Assembly (NCBI GenBank): GCA_030141605.1
Contig: JAQGDQ010001374.1
Span: 1 to 43,982, forward strand
Direction of reading: 5' to 3'
Length of the DNA: 43,982 nucleotides
Origin: Tubiluchus corallicola
Lineage: Eukaryota > Animalia > Priapulida
Below, piece after piece: positions 14,241 to 25,510 of the stretch. Position 1 is the stretch's first letter, and every line of letters starts with the position of its first letter. The notes beneath the pieces are model-generated. The model saw only the letters and a program-made list of their open reading frames with translations. It made no database searches and had not been told where the DNA came from. The position numbers were made by a program, and so were the translations under genes.

Positions 14241-14668
14241 TGAATTCTAAACTGCTATTGATAAAATAAAATTGAATTGAATTGAATATCATCATGTAAG
14301 CAAAATAAAATAAAATCCCACTCAAGGATAAAATTTATGATGGCATTTCTTTTATTGCAGTTACACACTGCTTTCGATTATTAACAATAAGATTTTACTA
14401 TTTTTTTCCAACTACATTAAAGAATTTCTGGTACTTCTGCCTACTGTGAACTATCTCCGAGTATGGATAATTTACCACCTCCAGTTTTCACACACTTTGA
14501 TCATTATTACATTAAAAATGGGAAACTAAAAATTTCAATAGTAATGGACAATAAAAAGCCTTGTTTGAATAGCGTCTTTAAAGGCTAAGGTGCACCATGC
14601 AATAAGCAACTAGGAAACAACTAGGCAAATAAAACTGACATAAAGTAAACTAAGAAATACATGTTCAC

Positions 14669-14797
14669 AATAATAATAATAATAATCTTTTTATTTATCT
14701 TTCAACACACGCACAGTTATAATACCATTAATTTGGTAACAAAAATGTGAAGAAAGGGCAGCGAAAGACCAATTGGTCATCAAGTCAGCTGCCCTTT
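14669..14797 (-). mobile_element. Retroposon 3' end with stem-loop, copy 2
   Basis: Minus strand reads AAGGGCAGCTGACTTGATGACCAATTGGTCTTTCGCTGCCCTT, then AATAAA and an (ATT)n tail. Confidence 0.55.
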
Positions 14798-15145
14798 GGT
14801 TAGTGATGAACATTTTTTATAGGCGCTATGCTACCGTGTACTAGTTTTAGTACTGCTTACAATAAAAACTAAATTGTTACGAATGAGATTAAATTGATAT
14901 GCTTATAACGTGTTAGTACAATTCATACACTGTAATAATAAGTGCATGATACAAAAAAAATCAAACTGAAAATAACTGAAATAAAACTGAACTGAAATAA
15001 GAACTGAACTAAAAAACTGACAACAGAAACATAAAAACAATGGCAACTGAAATTTACTTTATAACACAAGCATAATTGTTAGACATAAGCAAGCGAATGT
15101 ATAATGGAGTCATAATATATCATAATAATGTAAAAACAGCCAAGC

Positions 15146-15864
15146 AAAATATGTGTTGAAGAAGTGTGAACCGAGTGAAAAAATATGTGTTGAAGACGAG
15201 TGAACCGAGTGAAAAAATATGTGTTGAAGACGAGTGAACCGAGTGAAAAAATATGTGTTGAAGACGAGTGAAACGAGTGAAAAAATATGTGTTGAAGACG
15301 AGTGAACCGAGTGAAAACATATGTGTTGAAGACGAGTGAACCGAGTGAAAAAATATGTGTTGAAGACGAGTGAACCGAGTGAAAAAAAATGTGTTGAAGA
15401 CGAGTGAACCGAGTGAAAAAATATGTGTTGAAGACGAGTGAACCGAGTGAAAAAATATGTGTTGAAGACGAGTGAACCGAGTGAAAAAATATGTGTTGAA
15501 GACGAGTGAACCGAGTGAAAACATATGTGTTGAAGACGAGTGAACCGAGTGAAAACATATGTGTTGAAGACGAGTGAACCGAGTGAAAAAATATGTGTTG
15601 AAGACGAGTGAACCGAGTGAAAAAATATGTGTTGAAGACGAGTGAACCGAGTGAAAAAATATTAGTTGAAGACGAGTGAACCGAGTGAAAACATATGTGT
15701 TGAAGACGAGTGAACCGAGTGAAAAAATATGTGTTGAAGACGAGTGAACCGAGTGAAAAAATATGTGTTGAAGACGAGTGAACCGAGTGAAAAAATATGT
15801 GTTGAAGACGAGTGAACCGAGTGAAAAAATATGTGTTGAAGACGAGTGAACCGAGTGAAAACAT
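15146..15864. repeat. 34-bp minisatellite, about 21 copies, AATATGTGTTGAAGACGAGTGAACCGAGTGAAAA
   Basis: Directly visible; no spacers. Confidence 0.97.
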
Positions 15865-16859
15865 GTGACACGTAACCAAATGCTGTTCAATGGAATCCCC
15901 ACTACGGAAAAGACGTTAAGCTTCCACAGTCGACCTAGCCGATAAGAAATCCAGCTTCACTCACTCTAGCTGTTCAGTGACGGGAGTCGAGTTAGCCGAG
16001 ACTTTTGCCGCCTGCGAAGATTTTCGCTCAGGCAATAATCACGTGACACTGCAAATCACTGATTGAAATATGGCAAACGCATTGCGGATTTGCGGTCAGA
16101 TTGTGCGTGTGCGGGCAGAGATACTAAACTTAGCATCTTTAGGCAAAATTAAACGCAGCTTTGGTGTTATAGAGTAAGGATATCGGTGACGCTTTAGTTT
16201 CTCTGCGCATTAACCAACCACAGCACTCCTAATCTAATCCTGGTGAGACACACACTAGATTAATTATGTCTGTCTATCGAGTACAGCAGCATTGTCTACA
16301 TACCGCGGTTATATTGATCGACACGCGGTATATGTATTGATCGATTCACCTCTGAGTTTGTCTGTTTGGCGACATAACGAATATAGTTTACATAAGCACT
16401 CATCCTAGCATGACGTGGCGAGGGCGAGAAGCGAGGGTGGCGACTTAACGAGGTAAATATCAAAGCAGGAAATCCGTCCTGGTACTTTCTATGGCGAGAG
16501 ACGAGTTTGGCGGCATAACGAGGGGCGAGATAACGAGGCTAGACTGTACACACATAAGCAATATATATAAGCAAAGTTAGTCACATGTATGGGTTATTTT
16601 GGTACTGACTCATCTGTAATCAAGATAAGCCTCGCCAAGAGTTGGGTTTACATGATATTTGCAATTGTTTTTTATAATAATAAAAAAATGATCTCTAATG
16701 CATTATTTGAGTTTGTACAACAGCTTTTTTCTATGTATAAGCAACACAAATTTTTTTAAAAAATTTGGCTCCGTAATTTAACAGTTAACTAACAATTTAC
16801 CATTTATTTAGTTAACAAAAATTCGCAGCTTTAGCTGACTTAGCTGCTTGCCTCATTAA

Positions 16860-17968
16860 GCCAACTCAGCTGAAAAGTTAGTCAACCTCAGCCAAGCTAG
16901 CTGATTTACTATGTGAGTTAGCTGATGTAGTAGCGACTCACTCAACTTCAGCCAAGCTAGCTGATTTACTGCATGAGTCAGCTTATGTAGTAGCACCTGA
17001 CTCAGCTTCAGCCAAGCTAGCTGATTTACTATGCGGTCAGCTGATGTAGTAGGAACTGACTCAGCTTCAGCCAAGCTAGCTGATTTACTGCATGAGTCAG
17101 CTTATGTAGTAGCACCTGACTCAGCTTCAGCCAAGCTAGCTGATTTACTATGCGGTCAGCTGATGTAGTAGGAACTGACTCAGCTTCAGCCAAGCTAGCT
17201 GATTTACTGTGTGAGTCAGCTGATGTAGTAGCAACTGACTCAGCTTCAGCCAAGCTAGCTGATTTACTATGCGGTCAGCTGATGTAGTAGCATCTGACTC
17301 AGCTTCAACCAAGCTAGCTGATTTACTGCGCGAGTCAGCTGATGTAGTAGGAACTGATTCAGCTTCAGCCAAACTAGCTGATTTACTGTACGAGTCAGCT
17401 GATGTAGTAGCTACTGACTCAGCTTCAGCCAAGCTAGCTGATTTACTGTGCGAGTCAGCTGATGTAGTAGCAACTGACTCAGCTTCAGCCAAGCTAGCTG
17501 ATTTACTATGCGGTCAGCTGATGTAGTAGCATCTGACTCAGCTTCAACCAAGCTAGCTGATTTACTGCGCGAGTCAGCTGATGTAGTAGGAACTGATTCA
17601 GCTTCAGCCAAACTAGCTGATTTACTGTACGAGTCAGCTGATGTAGTAGCTACTGACTCAGCTTCAGCCAAGCTAGCTGATTTACTGTGCGAGTCAGCTG
17701 ATGTAGTAGCAACTGACTCAGCTTCAGCCAAGCTAGCTGATTTACTATGCGGTCAGCTGATGTAGTAGCATCTGACTCAGCTTCAACCAAGCTAGCTGAT
17801 TTACTGCGCGAGTCAGCTGATGTAGTAGGAACTGATTCAGCTTCAGCCAAACTAGCTGATTTACTGTACGAGTCAGCTGATGTAGTAGCTACTGACTCAG
17901 CTTCAGCCAAGCTAGCTGATTTACTGTGTGAGTCAGCTGATGTAATAGCAACTGACTCAGCTTCAGCC
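16860..17968. repeat. 59/60-bp tandem repeat, about 18 copies, with a 239-bp higher-order unit
   Basis: Unit CTGACTCAGCTTCAGCCAAGCTAGCTGATTTACTGTGCGAGTCAGCTGATGTAGTAGCAA; ORF track recurs at 17269, 17508 and 17747. Confidence 0.96.
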
Positions 17969-18038
17969 TCTACACATAATTAAATTACCAGTGCTAATGT
18001 CCAATAAATGACCAGTACTAATGTCCATCTTGTGAATT

Positions 18039-19079
18039 TTAACTCATCCAGTTATAACTGTATGTGCTCTGCCAAACTGGAAGGTATTCCATCAGTGGCG
18101 CACCTAGCAATGATAAGATGGGAGTACGCGACATGGCGCTCAGAAGTGATATGATTTTTCGTTTTGAAACTTTGTCAAAAAATGGAGATCGCGCGAAATA
18201 TAAAAATAACAGGATCGTGCGGCGTTGAACTTCGGTCTTCTCTTCGGCGGCCAAGTCCTTCGCTTGCCTAGTAAGTAGTACACTTAATACGTCCATGCCG
18301 CCAGCGACGAACCACGGTCTCCAAGAAGATTGACCGTAGATGATCATTGCGGACAGATGCGCAAGTGGACGGAGGACATGCAGATACTCTGCCGTCAAGC
18401 AACCACTCCTCTGAATGTAGTTCTCGTCCGTGGCGTTCGTCCGCTGCTGCCGATGATTCGTCGACTTTGGTAACTTCCAATCGCGGAACTGCAGTGGTGG
18501 CGCGGCGACTAACCTGCGCATCTCTCTACCCGACCGTTCCAAGAGGAACGTCGCCTCGACGGTGCCGTTTTCGCGCACTTGTCTCAAGCATTCTCCTCCG
18601 AGTAAACGCTCACGGTTCAGCGGTGCAATGGGTGGGTGAGGAACTACTTTTGACTTGTGAAAAACCAACAGGACCATCCGCAGTGCGGCTTTAACCAGCT
18701 GCAAGAGAACCACGATGATCCACTTGGCGCGGTCGCCTCCGAAACGTTTGAAGGACAATTCCAAGAACACTTCGACGTATTCTAGAATGGTAAGAAAGCG
18801 CTCTACTTTCTCTTTGTTTCCCGCTTGTGTGAGTAGAACTTTAGCGCGCTGCGACTCGCGCAGAATAGTGTCGTTGAGGAACACGAGCAGATTCGATGCC
18901 GAGTACACGAGCTCCGATAAAACCACCGATTCCTCAAACCTGCCAACCAGAACGTACGATATGCTCCGGAACACGGTCTCAAACGTCGTAACTACCTCCG
19001 GGTTGATCGCTACATAACTCTTGTACTTCTCGAATGCTTCCGCCAGACCAACCAAAAGTTGGTTTCCATTGTTGTTCAT
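18039..19079 (-). CDS. PEX16: Peroxisomal membrane protein / peroxin 16, intronless CDS, 346 aa
   Basis: YKSYVAINP..ETVFRSISYVLVGRF..S..LSELVYSASNLLVFLNDTILR, AEYLHVLRPLAHL, SWRPW, RSPFFD and C-terminal LMEYLPVWQSTYSYNW all match Pex16 family motifs. Confidence 0.95.
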   Translation of the reverse strand: MNNNGNQLLVGLAEAFEKYKSYVAINPEVVTTFETVFRSISYVLVGRFEESVVLSELVYSASNLLVFLNDTILRESQRAKVLLTQAGNKEKVERFLTILEYVEVFLELSFKRFGGDRAKWIIVVLLQLVKAALRMVLLVFHKSKVVPHPPIAPLNRERLLGGECLRQVRENGTVEATFLLERSGREMRRLVAAPPLQFRDWKLPKSTNHRQQRTNATDENYIQRSGCLTAEYLHVLRPLAHLSAMIIYGQSSWRPWFVAGGMDVLSVLLTRQAKDLAAEEKTEVQRRTILLFLYFARSPFFDKVSKRKIISLLSAMSRTPILSLLGAPLMEYLPVWQSTYSYNWMS

Positions 19080-19216
19080 GATTATTGATTATTTCTTGAA
19101 CACACAAGATCCAAATGCTACAATGCTACAAAGGTTTTTTATCGATTGCAAACTGTAAACTGTATCTCTCGATGGACAAAATGTATATGAAAACCGAAAA
19201 GGTAGCCAGCTAGAAA

Positions 19217-19309
19217 CTACAACACAGTTTTCCGAATGTTGGCGGCAACGTCTTGGAAGTAACACCCCTTAAATGACATCATCCGCACGTCTATTTCTCC
19301 TTCTTCTAG
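19217..19309 (-). CDS. DUF4787-like secreted Cys-rich protein, coding exon 3 (LEEGEIDVRMMSFKGCYFQDVAANIRKTVL*)
   Basis: Acceptor ttttcttttag; phase 0; LEEGEIDVR..SF.GC motif; not in the ORF track. Confidence 0.85.
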   Translation of the reverse strand, partial: LEEGEIDVRMMSFKGCYFQDVAANIRKTVL

Positions 19310-19414
19310 CTAAAAGAAAAAAATTTACAAGAGTGAAAGAGTTTCTAGTAGTATTGTAAGTATTTCGTTTAGTTGGTATTAAACTTAGCGTAAACAGTTG
19401 GAATTTATCCAATA

Positions 19415-19700
19415 AAGGAAAACCGGATTCTAAAGACTCAATCTAATTTTAATCTACAGTCCTAAATGCACATTTTGTTGCTTATAAAAGTTAGCAGTGG
19501 CTTCTAATATTTGAATAATTAGCTAGGAAAGTTAATTTACTGCAACCGGACAGTTATCGCTTACGTCACAACTAACCACAGTTCGGGCAATGGTAGACAT
19601 CTTAGCCGCACGTCAAGCACGTTTGTCTAAGAGAAGATTGCTATAAGACGCTGACGTGATGTCACGAAAATGAGCTGCACGCCACAGGCAAACACTTCTC
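19415..19700. mobile_element. Dispersed non-autonomous element, copy 1 of 3 (possibly Kolobok-like)
   Basis: Shares GCTTACGTCA(C/G)AA(A)CTAACC.CAGTT...TCAAGCACGT...TGATGTCA.GAAAA(A)TG with 25896..26416 and 32408..32892. Confidence 0.7.
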
Positions 19701-19752
19701 ACTTTGACACGAAAAAAGTTTTACCAATTTTGACTAACATCTCGTTACGAAC

Positions 19753-19890
19753 CTTGTCGTTAGCATAAAGTTCGTTGAAGCAATATTCGGACATACAGCG
19801 GCGACCGCACATGGACCGTTCGACTCCGACTAAGTTTCTGCACTTGGCTGATTGCTCACAATTGTATTGACTCTTCTTGAATTTCTGCTC
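19753..19890 (-). CDS. DUF4787-like protein, coding exon 2 (EQKFKKSQYNCEQSAKC...CGRRCMSEYCFNELYANDK)
   Basis: Acceptor ttcttacag, donor gttcgt; 138 nt, phase 0/0; C..RC.S..C...LY..D motif. Confidence 0.85.
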
Positions 19891-20123
19891 CTGTAAGAAT
19901 ATGAAACTGTTTGACAAATTATTATTATGATTATTATTATTATTATTATAACTCTTTATTGCTTGATCAACCAAGTTAATCTTATGAATTTTATAGTATT
20001 AGCATTACAGCTGTGTGAAAAATGCTGCATTATCCTTTAACACTTCTTTCGCAGCACCAGTAAAAATACATTTCATAATACGTATGTATTTTAATGAAAT
20101 AGGGACATATTAGGAAAACTTAC

Positions 20124-20255
20124 CTGGGGTTTCTTCTTCCTATATGGAAAATGTTTGTATTGATAAATCACCGGACTGTCTCCCTGACTGCAGAAGATGT
20201 GGTAGAACTCACATAACAAGACGAGAGAAAGAAAAACTGCAGCAAATCTGACCAT
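20124..20255 (-). CDS. DUF4787-like protein, coding exon 1 with signal peptide (MVRFAAVFLSLVLLCEF...RKKKPQ); full protein 120 aa
   Basis: ATG at 20255, CAG|gtaagt donor; the exon also has an upstream acceptor ttttctgcag (exon start 20303). Confidence 0.8.
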
Positions 20256-20815
20256 CTCCAAGGGAACTGCGAAGCCACTGACCACCGAGAGCTGTGAATA
20301 ATCCTGCAGAAAATTCTGAAAAAAGGCAGTAGAATTTACTTCACTCGATTCTTCACTTATGCTTTAGTATTGTCCAGAGGCATACCAGTAGTCTCAATAA
20401 AAATTATATATTAATGTTTTTTTTTTGTAATATTTGTAGTAATTTAATGCTTTTTGTAAAAATTATCATTGTATGCACATGGTAAATCTAGCAATAAATT
20501 CTAATTCTTTCTTGTGCCTTTTTACCTACTTTTCTATTAGTAGAAAAGTCTATTACTTTTCTATTATGCTATTTTTCCCGTGCACAGTTTATAAATGTAC
20601 ACTAGAGTGTTATATCGTTGTCATACACGAGCGCTCAAATAAGGGTAAGGAATGCTGCAGCATCTACAGTCACTTTAGATTCAGATTAGCTAATAAATGA
20701 GATGAACATAAAAACCCGAGAAATTTAATTAGAAAAATTCAGACCTACCTAGAGCACACTCAGCCGGTGTCAGTTTTTGTTACAAGCTTTTTTCCCGATA
20801 ATTTGTTTCTATATT

Positions 20816-20986
20816 TTACTGTTCCCACTTTAAAGGTTTGCGTTCGTCTCGCTCGGACAGCTGTCTCTTTGGATTAACAATTAAGCCAAACCTGCCCCAG
20901 TTTGCGTAAAAGTAATAAACTGCTGATGCTACTACTACACACAGGCCAGCTTTTCTAAAAAGGCTTAACTCATCCCAAAATTTCAT
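20816..20986 (-). CDS. Candidate 56-aa single-pass membrane microprotein MKFWDELSLFRKAGLCVVVASAVYYFYANWGRFGLIVNPKRQLSERDERKPLKWEQ
   Basis: Lies wholly in an exon-like block 20749..21009 (acceptor ccttaccttgcag, donor AG|gtaggt); one hydrophobic helix and a charged tail. Confidence 0.55.
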   Translation of the reverse strand: MKFWDELSLFRKAGLCVVVASAVYYFYANWGRFGLIVNPKRQLSERDERKPLKWEQ

Positions 20987-22294
20987 TGCAAAACATGTCA
21001 CACGTGATACTGCAAGGTAAGGAGTCTAGTAAATTAGTTCGCCGATTCAGGAGACTTTGTTTTCATGCTTACACAGTGGGAAAACCAAAAAAGTGATTTT
21101 TGCCTTATTACTTTTTATTAGTGGATAGTTATCTTTAAAATTGAAAGAAAGTAACAAATGTGCATGGATACACATCAAGTTCATAATAGAAACAAAATTA
21201 AATGCTCTTCTAACTGTGTAAATACTACCATCAGTCATGATCAATGTGAGCAAGCGGTTGCTCTCGAATCAAAAGCCGTGGACACTTTTGACTTCTGCGA
21301 GTTTCGAGTGGAAGATTCGATTTGGAGAGGATTCATGGGTCTTCTCTAGAGAACCTTTGAAAATGAGACCTGTAGCGAACTTTATAATAACGCTTACACG
21401 GCAGATGTTGTCCGCTTCATAAGTTTATAGTAATAAGTGCATTGTTAGCTCAAGGAATTAGGAATGGGCTTTAAAATTCAGGCATGACATGATACAGGTA
21501 GGTAGGGCATGTCTTGAATAATATACTTCTAAAAGTCTTTGACGAGGTACTAGAAGTTGGGGGTGCGGATGGCTAGTATACACGCTGATAAAAGCAACTC
21601 GCTAACATGTGATGGTATTAGAGGTTATGAAAAGAGGTGAAACAAGCAAAACAAACATTGTGGGTGCGGGCTAAAAACACAGATTTACAGACAGGTTAGG
21701 TGGGATACCACCCTCATGGTAGAAACAACAGAGGGTGCTAGGGCTCGGAAATAGTTGATTCTTTATACTTGTATGGGACGGTGGGTAGCAAGTGAGTGTA
21801 GTAGTGTTTGCTTCACAGCCCAGCACATTGCGCTCCAGCAATGCAGTATTTTCCTGTTTTGTGCATGTGGCTATGCTCACATGTCTAAGATAACACGCTG
21901 TATGCTGCACTGCTAGTGTCTGGTGCTAGGTAGAGAAATCACTGTCACTCACACAGTTTGTCAGTTATCGTGCTTAAAAGCATTTTGCTATCATATTCTT
22001 GAATTGCAGCAATTTAGGCTATTCGTAAGCAAAAAAATTTTTATTTATAAATTTTTGTGTTTTTTCTTTTAAAATCACAATTACAATTTACCACATTAAA
22101 ATTACATATGTTTGTTTTGTTTTATGGAATATTAAAACAATGGCTAAAATTTTCTGAAGTAGGACCCCCACTAATGTGAGCCACATGTGTCTACTGTAGT
22201 TTGACAATCGAAACTTTGATATTTTTTCATTTTAGATCATTTCCTAAATAAAACTTAACATTTTGTTTATAGATTAGATTATGAAGTCACGTAC

Positions 22295-22472
22295 TTGCAA
22301 GAAGCTGCTGGTGTAATGTGAACCTTCACCATATCCTGGGATTGTAAAAAGTCGACACGAAAATGACGCGAAACGTCAAAAATTTTTTTTCACACATTTT
22401 AGCCGTCGTGATTGCCTTGTTTACTTCCGCAAACTTTGTATTCGGCTCCTGGAAAACCGATCCACATAAATG
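22295..22472. promoter_or_regulatory. Putative bidirectional promoter with divergent first exons
   Basis: CpG-enriched patch between a minus-strand donor-like site (gtacgt, 22294-22289) and a plus-strand ATG|gtgagt (22470-22478), lying between two divergent genes. Confidence 0.45.
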
Positions 22473-22676
22473 GTGAGTTTCTTCCAACATCTGCATCCAT
22501 TACTCAACAGCAGACCCTAATCCATGTGCATGTGGTCTGGCAGCAGAAGCTGAATTTAGCTCATTATTGCGTATGTCGCAGGGATAAGAATTTTCTGCGG
22601 ATACGCGGAATTCCGAGTTTTCGGAAGACCAGTAGTGCCATTTTTGTAAATCGTGTAAATTCGTTGAGAAAATTTT

Positions 22677-22890
22677 TACGGACCCAGTACATTATTTCAC
22701 AAGCTGACCGCTAGTTGGCAGGCCGTCACTTTGTTTACATCACGTACATCAGTGTAACCATGTGTATATCTCTATGTATAAAAATATAGAATCAATTGTG
22801 CGGAGTTATTTGAGTCAATTGCAGACAGTTTTTATATACTTTTGCATAGGAGCGGCCAGTACTTAGGCATTTTTGAGAAAATTAGGTATC
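22677..22890. mobile_element. Dispersed repeat; inverted diverged copy at about 31095..31320
   Basis: GGCCGTCACTTTG, GTCAATTGCAGACAGTTTTT and CATTTTTGAGA.AATTAGG occur as reverse complements in the second locus. Confidence 0.7.
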
Positions 22891-23784
22891 ATGTATCCTT
22901 GATAGTTGGGTATTTTAAATTATGCACGAAACAAGGTACCTGCTATTTCAAGTCCACGTAGAGGCTCTCTATAATCACAAAATTGCAATTTGTTGCTGGC
23001 TCCAAGGGGGCTTTGCTCCGCTTGAACCCACATGGGGGCCTACGTGGCCCCCAAACCCCCGGCCTGTTTGTGTTTTTTGCAATTTCTCATTCTCATCCCT
23101 GGTACGTCATCGTCGTCATTTGCTGCTACGTTCTAAGAAAACTCTTAACGTTCTAAACCTCTCTCAGCTTTTTTGTTGGTTCAAGAGTTTTACGCAATGC
23201 TATAGGAAGAGGAGAGTCTGTTCATTTTTTGTTTGTTTATTTATTTCACATCAACACAAATACACAATTAATACATTAAAAGAAACAAAAAGTTATCAAT
23301 AATTCAATGAATAACAAACAAAGATACATAATAGGAAGCAAATTTTGGAAAAAAATGATTTAAACTGTCTTTAGACGTAGGTCAACCTATGGTAAACAAA
23401 GATAGTGATATCGCTACTTCCTTTAATACTGGTGTCTAAACAACGTTATGTACAGCATCATTACAAATATACTAAGTTGACTTGCAAAACACTGTGGGGT
23501 TGAAAGATAAACAAGAGAATTATCGCTGTTGTATGTTGCTTAGTAAATTCGTCTTAAGGTAATCTTAGTGCATGTTCAGTCCAATGCAATCTTCTTACTT
23601 GTATAATTACTGATAAGAAACACAAAGATGTTTTATAGCATAAAACTTAATTGAGTGGCTTATATTAGAAATTTTAACGTGTTACAATGTTTTTGGGTTT
23701 AAGGATCCTTAATGATTAATGTTTAAAGATCATAATGGTTCATTAAAATAAAGAAATTTTATTATGTAAATATTTTGTTGCCTA

Positions 23785-24228
23785 CCGTATTTTCCCATGT
23801 ATAAGAGACCCTTGTGTATAAGAGACCCCTTCAATTTTTAGGCAAAAATTCTGGAAAAAAGTTTTTTTGGTAATGAATAACTTTATTCATCATAGAAATC
23901 ATTAAATTAAGCAGAGAGCTTATGCAGATGCATTGATTGGCTGCAGAACAATCGATTTCTCTCCAATACCAAAGATACATTTAAAAAAATAATAACTTAC
24001 CCGGTACATTAATTTTATCATTAGAATTTAGCCATGGAGAAGATTTATTGAAAGGAAACTATAATTATTCGAAATAAAACAGTTGTAGAGCACTTATTTC
24101 TTTAAAATCACTAGTGTCACAATTTATGCATCTTATTGAAAAGACTTACTCCCATGTATAAGAGACCCCCTATTTTTAAAGTGAAAATTCTGAGCAAAAA
24201 AGGGTCTCTTATACACGGGAAAATACGG
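23785..24228. mobile_element. Tc1/mariner-superfamily (CCGTA-ended) MITE
   Basis: 27-bp TIR CCGTATTTTCCC(A/G)TGTATAAGAGACCC with TA on both flanks; internal TGTATAAGAGACCCC subrepeats. Confidence 0.9.
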
Positions 24229-25510
24229 TATATTTCATAAATTACAAAATTAAAAACGATTTTGCTCAAGTAAATTCGAGCATGGTTTGATATTTCGATT
24301 GATTGGGCCCGGAGACCCTGAAATGTCACAGTTTTCAGCACTGAAGGTGTGCCCTATATTGCTGTGAGATGCAGGTCACAAACTGTTTTGTAAACGAAAT
24401 TTTTGAACTTCATTTGAGCTTAATTTGAACTATTTTAGCGAAGATTTTTCAGCGATTTTTGACATCTAGGAGAAAAGAAAGGTTAATTGGATGAACGCTA
24501 GTAAAACCTCGGAAAAGTGGTACTGAAAATTATCCGAAATATCAGCTATTTAATAAATTCGCCAAAACCGAAAGTGCAATTATCCGTGAACCAAACCAAA
24601 AATTTCGTTTTGGTAACATCCCTGCAGTGCGTATTGTTTATTTGTGAAGCCAATGATCTTAAAGGATCAGAAAAGGGATACCTGAAGTAGGTTTCAGAAA
24701 AATTGCCTTAAAAATTATATCACTTTATGCATATATCTTACTCGCGTTGAAAGAAGTTTCTGTTCATTTTCATTTTAAATCTCCCGCAATACTGTTCTGA
24801 CAGCGCCATTACATGACGTCACTTACGCACAACATGAATCAGGTGAAGAAAAGGAAATGTTAAATTATGCCCCAAAAAACTTTCCATGCAAATCTGTATT
24901 ACTTAGCATTTCACTTATCTGCTCTAATAATAATTTAGAATGTTCGTGCCCATTGGTAAAATGCACCACTCTCACTAACCAAAAACATATTTTTAATCTT
25001 ATTGGCAAGATACAGTAATATTTGAATATTTGCTCAGTTGGGGACATGTTGCACCACAAATGCTCTGAACACTCATTAAGTACACGTTTAAATAAAAGTT
25101 TAAAGTGCATTTTTTAACTTGACAAGCAGTTACTCACATATAGAACCCAATGGCATCGCAGATAAACGCCGTTTTGCATACTTTCTTTGCATTTCGTGGC
25201 GCTTTAAAACTGCGTCTCTGCATTCTCTTTAAACTGGGAAGTCATTTTTTGGCTCCTTAAGTTTTAATTTCGTGCAAAATAGCTGCTACTCTGCAAATTT
25301 GCATGTATAAAAAGCACAATCAGTTTATCTGCTGATTAGGCATTAGTTGTCATGTTGTTTACTAAAGACAGTTGTTATCCAGCTTGGGCTGCTGTCCCGA
25401 ATGCTGCTGGCAGAGCTTACATCACATCATTACAGCATTAAATGAGAAAACTTTGTATGCGTTTTACATCACAATTATATATTACCTTTGACTTTAATTA
25501 ACTTTGCTAA

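Noticed and set aside
15146-15864. 34-bp array as CRISPR or as a repeat protein
   Set aside because: No spacers; the unit is not a multiple of 3, so the ORFs simply cycle through frames.
18347-19017. Plus-strand ORFs antisense to PEX16
   Set aside because: Shadow ORFs of a GC-rich coding sequence.
19080-19216. DUF4787-PEX16 fusion by stop read-through
   Set aside because: The 137-nt gap is out of frame and an in-frame TAA lies just upstream of the PEX16 ATG.
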